Virus record (IMG/VR): IMGVR_UViG_3300042544_001590
Span: 62,001-126,000 of that record
Reading direction: 5' to 3' (one strand)
DNA: 64,000 nt
A program made the position numbers and the translations under genes. Under the pieces are notes generated by a model that was given only the letters and a program-made list of their open reading frames with translations, did no database searches and was not told the DNA's origin. Below, in pieces: positions 6,113-13,473 of the stretch (position 1 is the stretch's first letter; every line of letters starts with the position of its first letter).

Positions 6113-6943
6113 CTACAAATCGAGTCCAAAATAGTCACTGATAGAATCTTGTATATATTCATCTTCTTCGGGGGTTAATTTATTATAAATATATTTCAAT
6201 CCTTCCACATCCCCATACTCATCAAGATCAGTTTCCAAAATGGACACAATCTTAGGGTTTCCAGAAAATCCTATGTTTTTATCAATTCTTCGGGAATCAC
6301 CCTTTTCATAATGTTTCATCTTTAATTTGGTGATGGAGTCTATTATGTTTCTGAAAGCATCATATGTAGTCCCCCGTATATTAAACATCTTTTTAAATGA
6401 TTCAACTTGATCTGTGGGTATTTTTTCTTCCAAAGGTCCAAATAGTAATATGTGTCCGTTGTTTGATATAATCTGCTTTAATCTCTGTTTTTGAATCGAA
6501 TTTATTTGAAATTTATCTTTTAGCTTATTCCAAAAATTCTTACTATTGATTGTGAGATATTCTTTAAATTTAGTCTTTTCTTTTGTGGATAAATCATTTA
6601 TTAATTCCTCAATTTGAGACTGATTTAGTGTTGATAGGGAATCGGTAATATAATCCTCGTCCGTGAATTTTTGCGTATATCCTCTGGAGCGAATTACCAC
6701 AATTAGCAGACTCTCATAATACCCCAACCAATCTGGCACGTTTTGCAATAGATAATCCAAATCAGAAGAAACATATACCCCCTGAAATGATTTATAATAA
6801 TTAAATTCTCCCCCCCAATTGTTTTTTTTATTAGGTATTAATCCGTTTTTGAGTATGGATCGTTTATATTCTCCCCTTGTTATATGATATAAGATTTCTT
6901 CGGGTTTTGTATTTTCTTCGAAAAATTCTAAAAAGCTTTGCAT
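6113..6943 (-). CDS. putative ADP-ribosyltransferase-fold protein
   Basis: LYHIT...SILKNGLIP...GVYVS resembles the ART/KptA/DarT-type H-x-T and Y-x-S strands; late promoter; MQSFLEFFEE N-terminus. Confidence 0.5.
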   Translation of the reverse strand: MQSFLEFFEENTKPEEILYHITRGEYKRSILKNGLIPNKKNNWGGEFNYYKSFQGVYVSSDLDYLLQNVPDWLGYYESLLIVVIRSRGYTQKFTDEDYITDSLSTLNQSQIEELINDLSTKEKTKFKEYLTINSKNFWNKLKDKFQINSIQKQRLKQIISNNGHILLFGPLEEKIPTDQVESFKKMFNIRGTTYDAFRNIIDSITKLKMKHYEKGDSRRIDKNIGFSGNPKIVSILETDLDEYGDVEGLKYIYNKLTPEEDEYIQDSISDYFGLDL

Positions 6944-7006
6944 TTCATTATTTAACCGATTTTCCAGTATTCGCCGGAACCCCTACGTGTAATATAGCAA
7001 TTTCGT

Positions 7007-7276
7007 TTATTGATTGCCGGAATCTGTTGGAATATCATTCCATTGTTTGATACATAATTGAGTTGGATATTCTTCCATGGGATAATCCACAATGTTGATT
7101 TGGTGGTCGAATTCACACATCCTACATTCCACCCATATGCATTGGTAATCGATCCCCTTCATGGATGTTGTCATACCCCCCGAATCAACTTCTATGTTAT
7201 CGCTTCCGCATTTGGGGCATGGTTTAGGTTCTTTTTTCGTTTCCATCAATCTATTTTCCACTCCTCCTCTTTCCAT
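7007..7276 (-). CDS. Lar-like zinc-ribbon protein
   Basis: PKPCPKCGS...IWVECRMC pattern. Confidence 0.5.
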   Translation of the reverse strand: MERGGVENRLMETKKEPKPCPKCGSDNIEVDSGGMTTSMKGIDYQCIWVECRMCEFDHQINIVDYPMEEYPTQLCIKQWNDIPTDSGNQ

Positions 7277-7446
7277 TGGTCATACCAGCTTTCCACTTCT
7301 TCCCATGTTAGATTCCAATCTTCACAGGACATGCAATCAGGATCAAGGCAATCGAAATATCCCGATGTTCCGCTCCACATGAGGAAACCCGTGGGACTCA
7401 CCAATCTCTCGTCGTTGAGCAATGCCTGTCTATGTTCCTCTTTCAT
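7246..7446 (-). CDS. small hypothetical protein
   Basis: ORF track; part of an overlapping minus-strand operon. Confidence 0.65.
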   Translation of the reverse strand: MKEEHRQALLNDERLVSPTGFLMWSGTSGYFDCLDPDCMSCEDWNLTWEEVESWYDQWKEEEWKID

Positions 7447-7670
7447 TTTCTCAATTCATCCACCAATTCCAAAGCGGCTTTGGCTTGATCCAATTCATCC
7501 TCCACATTTCCGTTCTTTTCAATTTCCTTAATCAGATCATGCAATGCGCTGTATAGCATGATGGATTCCGTCTCCAGCGTTCTACAGAACTCAGGAGTTT
7601 CCCCCGATGCTCTCTTTTGTCCAAAGGTTGGTTTAAAATGTTCTTCCGTTCTAGGTGTTCTTATGTGCAT
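7443..7670 (-). CDS. small hypothetical protein
   Basis: ORF track; 4-nt overlap with the next gene. Confidence 0.65.
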   Translation of the reverse strand: MHIRTPRTEEHFKPTFGQKRASGETPEFCRTLETESIMLYSALHDLIKEIEKNGNVEDELDQAKAALELVDELRK

Positions 7671-7676
7671 ATTATA

Positions 7677-7937
7677 TTATTTTATTGTTTCCCATATTTT
7701 ATCAACTCCCCCACAATCACATAGAAATGCGGGACCGGATAAGGCACACCATCCTTCCACCGATGAACAGCGGGGATCGTGTTCCACATGTTCATTCATG
7801 GTTTTCTGGATTGCCCATGCCGTGGGGAAGTCCAGAAAATCAGGACACTTGGACATACATTGTCGAACTTCTTCGGTTGTTTCCATATTATTATTCGTAT
7901 GGGGAATTGAGGATTTTTCCGCTTCTCCGTATTTCAC
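7677..7937 (-). CDS. small hypothetical protein
   Basis: ORF track; operon context. Confidence 0.6.
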   Translation of the reverse strand: MKYGEAEKSSIPHTNNNMETTEEVRQCMSKCPDFLDFPTAWAIQKTMNEHVEHDPRCSSVEGWCALSGPAFLCDCGGVDKIWETIK

Positions 7938-8127
7938 AGATCATTTCATTTAGGACTGAAGGACAGTGGGTGTTTTCAGGATATTCGTTGGAATTGAAAT
8001 AAAATATCTCCTCATTTTCCATTAATGTTGCTCTATATAATCTTTGAAATTCGCTCAAAGCTGGGGTGGTATCATCAACGTAATCCAGCACCCTTTTCCA
8101 TTTCTTGATTAATTCTTCGTTTGTCAT
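7891..8127 (-). CDS. small hypothetical protein
   Basis: ORF track; 4-nt overlap with the HAD gene. Confidence 0.65.
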   Translation of the reverse strand: MTNEELIKKWKRVLDYVDDTTPALSEFQRLYRATLMENEEIFYFNSNEYPENTHCPSVLNEMICEIRRSGKILNSPYE

Positions 8128-8648
8128 ACCATTTTCTCCTTTAGGAATTCCTTCACATCCTCCTCAAACCAATCCCCATCCTTTCCGTTTGCCCCGTAGT
8201 AATCCCTTACCTTGAGATAGCGATCCTCGTTAATTCCGATCAGGTTCACCTTACCCATGTTCTGCCTGTAGGGGAGATTATCAATGAGAACGTTGTCCTT
8301 GTGGGCAACCCCTTCCTTTTCCACATAGGCACTCCCCCCATAAGCGGTGGGGATCAGGTGTCTTTGGATTTCCTCCCTTGCAATGATATGATCCCTCTCA
8401 AATCCCCACCCCGCTTTCTCGTTGATGGTGTTGGCGTAATCGGTGGTGGATGTTGTTAAGATATATACGTTATCCTTTCCCACAAGTTCCCTTGCATAAT
8501 CAATCAGTCCTTGGGCGCAGGGTCTAATGATCGTGTAATAGGTGTTGAGATCATCCTCCAGAGTGAATTGGATATGTTCTTGGTTGGGATCACGTAGGAG
8601 GGTGTGAATAAGGCATTCATCGATGTCCCAGAAGATTTTGTTTATCAT
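8124..8648 (-). CDS. HAD-superfamily (FCP1/NIF-like) phosphatase
   Basis: WDIDECLIHT motif I, IIRP, YILTT motif II, LIDN motif IV. Confidence 0.8.
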   Translation of the reverse strand: MINKIFWDIDECLIHTLLRDPNQEHIQFTLEDDLNTYYTIIRPCAQGLIDYARELVGKDNVYILTTSTTDYANTINEKAGWGFERDHIIAREEIQRHLIPTAYGGSAYVEKEGVAHKDNVLIDNLPYRQNMGKVNLIGINEDRYLKVRDYYGANGKDGDWFEEDVKEFLKEKMV

Positions 8649-8652
8649 ATTT

Positions 8653-8853
8653 TTATTTTTTAAATGCTTTCTGGCAATCCTTTTCGGTGATTCCCAGCTT
8701 TTCGAAGAATTCCCCCAGCGTTATGTCCTTGGCGCAGATACCCACGCAACTGTCATACCACCCTCCGATGGAGAGCCTTTGGGCTGTCTTTGTCCATGTG
8801 ATGTCAATTCCGCTGTATTCCGCGTCCTCCGGTAGATAGATTGTCTTAGGCAT
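8653..8853 (-). CDS. small hypothetical protein
   Basis: ORF track; TTGACA-N16-TAAATT-N6-ATG promoter upstream. Confidence 0.75.
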   Translation of the reverse strand: MPKTIYLPEDAEYSGIDITWTKTAQRLSIGGWYDSCVGICAKDITLGEFFEKLGITEKDCQKAFKK

Positions 8854-8859
8854 GGATTC

Positions 8860-8887
8860 AATTTACCACTTCCTTCCCATTTGTCAA
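8860..8887 (-). promoter_or_regulatory. sigma70-type promoter TTGACA-N16-TAAATT, 6 nt before ATG
   Basis: Same 16-nt spacer at 9820-9847(+), 17682-17709(-), 19395-19422(-), 38490-38517(-), 41680-41707(-). Confidence 0.8.
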
Positions 8888-8943
8888 TAACTTGATTCTG
8901 CACGATAAACCCGTTCACTTTATTGTGCATTATCGGTTTATCG

Positions 8944-9798
8944 TCACATTATGGAGATCGTTCCCATATGCTTTCCGATCATGACGTTGAACATTTCTTC
9001 CAGAGCATATTTGAATTGATTTATATATTCCCAAGCTTCGTCTTCATCTTCCAACCTGTAATTACGCGCCGTGGAATTACCCCATGCTTTCTTATTACTG
9101 TCCTGTAGGAACTTGGGGGGATCGTTGAAATCCAATTCGCCATCGTGCAATAACCAATAAGCGAATGCTTCGTGGTAGAATTCCGTTGGTCTTGTCAATT
9201 TACCCATTCTTGCACTGCGGAATTTACCGATCTTTTGAAAGAAGTCCCTCACATAGAAATCGGAAGCATATCGTAAATCTCTGGAATTGCTTGTGTTTAT
9301 ATTGTAAGCCTGTTCAAATAGATTTTTAAGAATGCTTGAAATTTGCCTATTGATATAATTCAAATCATTATTTGAACGGAATGTGGCGGCAAATGAGTGT
9401 CCAATTCTGTGGGCAATTGTCCATGATGTCAGAGGGACTTTTTCTGCCGCCGCGTTATTGGTGAAAAATACGGTAATCTCATTTCCCTGTGGTTTGGGAA
9501 AATCTTCCCCAGCGGTCAACCCTAATTGTTGGTGTAGATACTCAGGAGTCACCAGACCCCTTTCCGCCTCTTTCCAAGCGTTGGGTTTCTTGACAAAATA
9601 TAAATTGAAATCCCAATTGCCAATGCGATTGAATGAATTTTCCAGCTTCTTCAGTCCTGCGGGAGAAGATAAAATACCAATGGATGCTTTGTCATAACCA
9701 TGTCGGTTTTTCTTGTCCTCCCACTTACCAATCTTTTGTAAATTGGAAAGAGCCATTTCTTGGTAAATTTGTTGTAGGGATAAATCATCCTTGTTCAT
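8944..9798 (-). CDS. hypothetical protein with zincin-like AHRIGH motif, possible internal head protein
   Basis: WTIAHRIGH and downstream HEAFA; late promoter; MNKDDLSLQQIYQEM N-terminus. Confidence 0.6.
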   Translation of the reverse strand: MNKDDLSLQQIYQEMALSNLQKIGKWEDKKNRHGYDKASIGILSSPAGLKKLENSFNRIGNWDFNLYFVKKPNAWKEAERGLVTPEYLHQQLGLTAGEDFPKPQGNEITVFFTNNAAAEKVPLTSWTIAHRIGHSFAATFRSNNDLNYINRQISSILKNLFEQAYNINTSNSRDLRYASDFYVRDFFQKIGKFRSARMGKLTRPTEFYHEAFAYWLLHDGELDFNDPPKFLQDSNKKAWGNSTARNYRLEDEDEAWEYINQFKYALEEMFNVMIGKHMGTISIM

Positions 9799-9819
9799 TC
9801 TTTTATTTAGAATTCCCGC

Positions 9820-9847
9820 TTGACATCCTTAAAAACTAGGCTATCAT
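9820..9847 (+). promoter_or_regulatory. promoter combining TTGACA, TAAAAACTAG and TATCAT
   Basis: TTGACA-TCCT-TAAAAACTAG-GC-TATCAT places the array motif inside a sigma70 spacer. Confidence 0.8.
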
Positions 9848-9856
9848 GAATCCATC

Positions 9857-10225
9857 ATGGGATTGGCAATTGGATTATCAAAAAGCAGTGACAGCAACTC
9901 AATGCCCCAAACGGCATCAAGTTTAACGATCAATAATTTTCTAAAGATTCCAAAGGAAAAGATTTATGCCCCCAATCCAAACCCTTTCAAGTTCAAGGTT
10001 CTGAGAGAGGAAAAGTTGGAAAGGGGGATGATCCTTCTGGTGAATTACGAGGGATGCACCACTTTCAAGGGAGATAAATTATTATTATTGCGTTGCCACA
10101 TTGATGTGAAATACTTTGGAAAGCTTGATCCCCACATTCTGGGAGACGGTCATATCGTATGTGCGCGATTTGAGCCGACTACGGAAGGATGGAACATGGC
10201 AAGGATGGCTGCAAATTGTTTATAA
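9857..10225 (+). CDS. hypothetical protein
   Basis: ORF track; promoter directly upstream. Confidence 0.75.
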   Translation: MGLAIGLSKSSDSNSMPQTASSLTINNFLKIPKEKIYAPNPNPFKFKVLREEKLERGMILLVNYEGCTTFKGDKLLLLRCHIDVKYFGKLDPHILGDGHIVCARFEPTTEGWNMARMAANCL

Positions 10226-10228
10226 ATT

Positions 10229-10681
10229 ATGAAACTCAAAAAGAAACACTTTGAAATAGCCAACACGATTGCCCATTTCGTGGATGGGAATTATTTTCCC
10301 GATTTCAAGGAACCAACAAGGGAACAGATTGATCTCTTTACCCGAATTGAATCCCAAGGTTACAGAGGTATTACGGAAGAACAGAAAAAGATCGTGGAAC
10401 CCATGCTGAATGGAAAAGCGCAATACGATCTACAGATCAAGATGATCCACGAGGAGATTGCGGAGTGGCACATGAACGGATGGGGTTGGTATCCTCCCCT
10501 TGCTGCCATTATCGGAAATGCTTGGAAAGAGCGTTCCCATTGTAAGGTGTATGTGAAAATGTTGCTCAAGCTCATGCGTAACTTCAGAGATAATGGGGGA
10601 TTGCCCGTTCTGGTGGGTTATAGCGGATTTTCCGAAGAATTTAAACAAAAGATGGTTGACAATTACGGTTGTCATGGTTAA
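10229..10681 (+). CDS. hypothetical protein
   Basis: ORF track; N-terminal KKHFEIANTIA resembles array ORF 3651 (KKHFEIVASTIA). Confidence 0.75.
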   Translation: MKLKKKHFEIANTIAHFVDGNYFPDFKEPTREQIDLFTRIESQGYRGITEEQKKIVEPMLNGKAQYDLQIKMIHEEIAEWHMNGWGWYPPLAAIIGNAWKERSHCKVYVKMLLKLMRNFRDNGGLPVLVGYSGFSEEFKQKMVDNYGCHG

Positions 10682-10694
10682 ATATAATTTCAAA

Positions 10695-10766
10695 CGCCGA
10701 ATATATCAGGGGTAGATAAGCTGGCTCATAACCAGAAGGTCGGGGATTCGAATTCCTCTTCGGCAA
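10695..10766 (+). tRNA. tRNA-Met(CAT), initiator-like
   Basis: Cloverleaf with loop CTCATAA and C1:A72 mismatch; no encoded CCA. Confidence 0.85.
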
Positions 10767-10771
10767 CTTTA

Positions 10772-10845
10772 GCGTCTATGGTGTAATGGTAGCATCAAAC
10801 ACTTCCAATGTTTGGGTGTGGATTCAAATTCCACTGGACGCTCCA
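10772..10845 (+). tRNA. tRNA-Gly(TCC)
   Basis: Acceptor GCGTCTA/TGGACGC, loop CTTCCAA, T-loop TTCAAAT, encoded CCA. Confidence 0.92.
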
Positions 10846-10847
10846 AT

Positions 10848-10921
10848 TCAGGGATCATATAACGGCAGTATGGAACTCTCCAAAAGTTCTCGTGTGGATT
10901 TGACTTCCTCTCCCTGTGCCA
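10848..10921 (+). tRNA. tRNA-Trp(CCA), atypical
   Basis: Loop CTCCAAA, G73, CCA; T-loop TTTGACT, one T-T pair in the T-stem, U1:U72. Confidence 0.75.
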
Positions 10922-10926
10922 CTTTC

Positions 10927-11058
10927 ATGAAATACAAAAAGCTACGAAAGAAAATCAAAAATGATACCTCAACCTGCAAGTGGTTGAAATGGTTCAAGTG
11001 GAAAAGAACGTGTAAAGATAAAAAATATGACAATAACGGGACTACCGAAACACCTTGA
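10927..11058 (+). CDS. small basic peptide, 43 aa
   Basis: MKYKKLRKKIKND...; 3' part of ORF-track 10786..11058 lying downstream of the tRNAs. Confidence 0.4.
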   Translation: MKYKKLRKKIKNDTSTCKWLKWFKWKRTCKDKKYDNNGTTETP

Positions 11059-11374
11059 GAATTACTCCCTAGCAATTTTTGAATACTTTGCCACGGGGGA
11101 AGGTGTCACTACCGAAGTGGAATTATTATCATTTCCCGGACAAAAGCCAACGATTGGGTGGGAGGGATTATCAAACAACATCATACCAGCGGTAATTGAA
11201 AGGAAAGAAACCATGTATGAAAAGGAACATGTGTGGTTGGAATGGAATCCCGAATTCAAGGCAGCGTTTTTCGACAATTTTGGAGTCGGGGACTGGATGC
11301 AATTCCACAATTGCTGTGTGAAGCATGGTTCATGGATGAATCTGGTGAAGAAAGCGCATTATAATTTGTCATGA
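11027..11374 (+). CDS. hypothetical protein
   Basis: ORF track; operon context. Confidence 0.7.
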   Translation: MTITGLPKHLENYSLAIFEYFATGEGVTTEVELLSFPGQKPTIGWEGLSNNIIPAVIERKETMYEKEHVWLEWNPEFKAAFFDNFGVGDWMQFHNCCVKHGSWMNLVKKAHYNLS

Positions 11375-11595
11375 AATTCTCCAAGATTAAAAGATTCTGG
11401 ATCACCAATTTCGGAATGCCTGATATATCCTTCGGTATCCACATCTGCATGGACAAAAGGATTGACATCCACTTTCTCTGGTATATGATCAGCTTTGGCA
11501 GAGTTCCCATCTACGAAGAGAAGGGAAAGCTGTTCGCCGCCAGTAATTCCTATCACACCGGAAGATCGAAACGACTGAGAGCGGGAGTGCCTTAA
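11371..11595 (+). CDS. small hypothetical protein
   Basis: ORF track; 4-nt overlap; stop codon is the TAA of a motif copy. Confidence 0.7.
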   Translation: MKFSKIKRFWITNFGMPDISFGIHICMDKRIDIHFLWYMISFGRVPIYEEKGKLFAASNSYHTGRSKRLRAGVP

Positions 11596-11610
11596 AAACT
11601 AGAATACAAT
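11593..11610 (+). promoter_or_regulatory. TAAAAACTAG-AA-TACAAT promoter, 6 nt before ATG
   Basis: Same architecture as the array motif. Confidence 0.8.
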
Positions 11611-11616
11611 ACGAAT

Positions 11617-12075
11617 ATGAATCAAGAATTAATAACACACGACTCGGAGACACTGAAACATGTCAACGAGGTAAGAAACAACATATGGACTCTGATCAAA
11701 GAGTTGGATCATAGGGCGCAAGTTCATGATGCTTCCAAATTTGAAGAACCGGAGAGAAGTATCTTTGCCAGCAACACTTCCAAATTGGCGAAGACCCAAT
11801 ATGGGACGGATGAATATTCCAAGCTGTTGGAGGAAGTGAAACCAGCAATTGAACATCATTACTCAAAAAACACTCACCATCCCGAACATTGGCCGAACGG
11901 CATTGAGGACATGGATTTACTTGATCTTGTTGAAATGTTAGCAGATTGGGCGGCTGCAACAAAAAGAAATAAGAATGGTAACATCCATAAGTCAATCGAA
12001 CATAATCAGGAGAGATTTAAAATAACACCACAATTATCAAAAATTTTCACAAACACTGTAAATAGATATTTTTAA
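11617..12075 (+). CDS. HD-superfamily-like protein (DUF5662-like)
   Basis: VHDASKF...HHYSKNTHHPEHW...EMLADW pattern. Confidence 0.7.
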   Translation: MNQELITHDSETLKHVNEVRNNIWTLIKELDHRAQVHDASKFEEPERSIFASNTSKLAKTQYGTDEYSKLLEEVKPAIEHHYSKNTHHPEHWPNGIEDMDLLDLVEMLADWAAATKRNKNGNIHKSIEHNQERFKITPQLSKIFTNTVNRYF

Positions 12076-12077
12076 AC

Positions 12078-12500
12078 ATGAAACAAGTAAAATTAATCAT
12101 AGCAGCAGCGCATTCCGATACCGTATATTTCAATTATGGGGACGATTACTCGGATATCACACGAATTCTGGTGGAGGATCATTCCCCATGGGAAGAAGTC
12201 GAGGATGATCAAATCTTCGAACTCCAGAACTTTGTGAGTGATTTCAATGTCAGCAAAGAAAGAAAAGCTGGTAAATTCGCTTTCCTAATCGTCAGGGAAG
12301 ATCAGATTTCACCCCAATCAGCAATCAAATCCATTGTTGAGAAAAGGGAAAAGGAATTAAAAGAATCGAGGGAGAAGGAGCGTAAACGCAAGGAAGAAGC
12401 CGAACGCAAGAAACAAGAGAAGGAGATGAAGAAATTGGCGAAGACTAAGGAACAGAAAATCCTGCTTCTGGAACAATTGAAGAAAGAACTTGGAGAGTGA
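12078..12500 (+). CDS. hypothetical protein with charged coiled-coil C-terminus
   Basis: ORF track. Confidence 0.7.
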   Translation: MKQVKLIIAAAHSDTVYFNYGDDYSDITRILVEDHSPWEEVEDDQIFELQNFVSDFNVSKERKAGKFAFLIVREDQISPQSAIKSIVEKREKELKESREKERKRKEEAERKKQEKEMKKLAKTKEQKILLLEQLKKELGE

Positions 12501-12658
12501 AAACAGATGAACAATCATTGATCGATGTTTTAGCCAATGCTATAAGACATTCTTTACTATTTCCAAACAATCCAGCAACACCAATTATGAGGGAAGCATT
12601 AGATTTATACGAAAAAAGTAAAAAAGAACTTGAAAAAACAAACCAATCTGCTAAATAA
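12497..12658 (+). CDS. small hypothetical protein, 53 aa
   Basis: GTG start overlapping the upstream TGA; open frame to TAA at 12658. Confidence 0.5.
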   Translation: MKTDEQSLIDVLANAIRHSLLFPNNPATPIMREALDLYEKSKKELEKTNQSAK

Positions 12659-12761
12659 GAATAACGACATGAGCAACAACCAATATAATAATCAGGAGAA
12701 ACCAACACCGTATCGGTGGGGGCGCGAATGATCGTATTGTAATTATACATGTTGAATTCGC

Positions 12762-12788
12762 ACCCCATCTGAAAAGATGGGGTTTTTT
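12762..12788 (+). terminator. intrinsic terminator
   Basis: ACCCCATCT-GAAA-AGATGGGGT followed by a T-run. Confidence 0.88.
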
Positions 12789-12880
12789 ATTATCTGAGGG
12801 TTATGTGGCCGAACACATTAAAGTCCGAAAGGGAGATTGTGATGAAACAAGCACACTAAATGTTTTCAATATTTTTTTAT

Positions 12881-12968
12881 GGGTTTGTAGGTAAGTGGTT
12901 GAAACCAACGGACTTTTAATCCGTCTCCGAAAGGAACATCTCAGGTTCGAATCCTGATGAACCCACCA
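12881..12968 (+). tRNA. tRNA-Lys(TTT) with long variable arm
   Basis: Loop CTTTTAA, stem ACGGA/TCCGT, extra arm TCC-GAAA-GGA, T-loop TTCGAAT, CCA. Confidence 0.88.
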
Positions 12969-12969
12969 T

Positions 12970-13042
12970 ACACATGAACGCACCACGGCTGGGCGGGTGG
13001 ATTGTTACTCCATTGAACTTCGTTCGATCCGAAGCATGTGTG
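12970..13042 (+). tRNA. tRNA-Asn(GTT), atypical
   Basis: Acceptor ACACATG/CATGTGT, loop TTGTTAC, G73; A at position 8; no CCA. Confidence 0.75.
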
Positions 13043-13046
13043 CATT

Positions 13047-13121
13047 GATCCCATGGTGAAGTGGTTATCACCCCATACTTTCTATATGGTGTCCCCGATT
13101 CGAATTCGGGTGGGATCACCA
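13047..13121 (+). tRNA. tRNA-Glu(TTC)
   Basis: Acceptor GATCCCA/TGGGATC, loop CTTTCTA (U37), CCA. Confidence 0.88.
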
Positions 13122-13123
13122 AT

Positions 13124-13207
13124 TCTACAGTTCCTTAGTGGTCGAAAGGACTTGCCTTGTAAGCAAGATGCGTAAGCACATCGCCAGTTCGAATCTGGCC
13201 TGTAGAT
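13124..13207 (+). tRNA. tRNA-Thr(TGT) with long variable arm
   Basis: Acceptor TCTACAG/CTGTAGA, loop CTTGTAA, extra arm TGC-GTAA-GCA; no CCA. Confidence 0.85.
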
Positions 13208-13218
13208 CATTTTTTAAT

Positions 13219-13305
13219 GTGTTGTCTCTAATGATGGTGAATTAGGACGGTCTGTAAAATCGTTGCCTTCGGGCTTAGGGGATTCGAATTCCTCACAACA
13301 CACCA
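13219..13305 (+). tRNA. tRNA-Tyr(GTA)
   Basis: Loop CTGTAAA, long variable arm GCC-TTCG-GGC, CCA. Confidence 0.88.
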
Positions 13306-13307
13306 TA

Positions 13308-13383
13308 CAGGGATTGATGTAACTTGGTAGCATGAGACATTTGGATTGTCTTTGTTCGGATTCAACTTCCGAGTCCCTGACCA
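13308..13383 (+). tRNA. tRNA-Pro(TGG)
   Basis: C1-G72, A73, loop TTTGGAT (A37), CCA. Confidence 0.85.
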
Positions 13384-13392
13384 TTTTATAAT

Positions 13393-13472
13393 AGCTGCGT
13401 AGTGTAATGGTTCAGCACTGACGGTTTTGATCCGTCCAGAGTATCAGGGTTCAATTCCCACCGCAGCCACCA
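13393..13472 (+). tRNA. tRNA-Gln(TTG), irregular T-arm
   Basis: Loop TTTTGAT, stem GACGG/CCGTC, CCA; T-stem pairs fully only with an ATCA bulge. Confidence 0.75.
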
Positions 13473-13473
13473 T

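Noticed and set aside
10786-11075. ORF-track calls overlapping tRNA-Gly and tRNA-Trp (also 12801-13122 over the second cluster)
   Set aside because: The sequence is fully explained by tRNA cloverleaves
12790-12860. Possible hammerhead or other small ribozyme upstream of tRNA-Lys
   Set aside because: Small hairpins and GTGATGAAAC are present, but the CUGANGA...GAAA core is not in the right arrangement; an Infernal search would be needed
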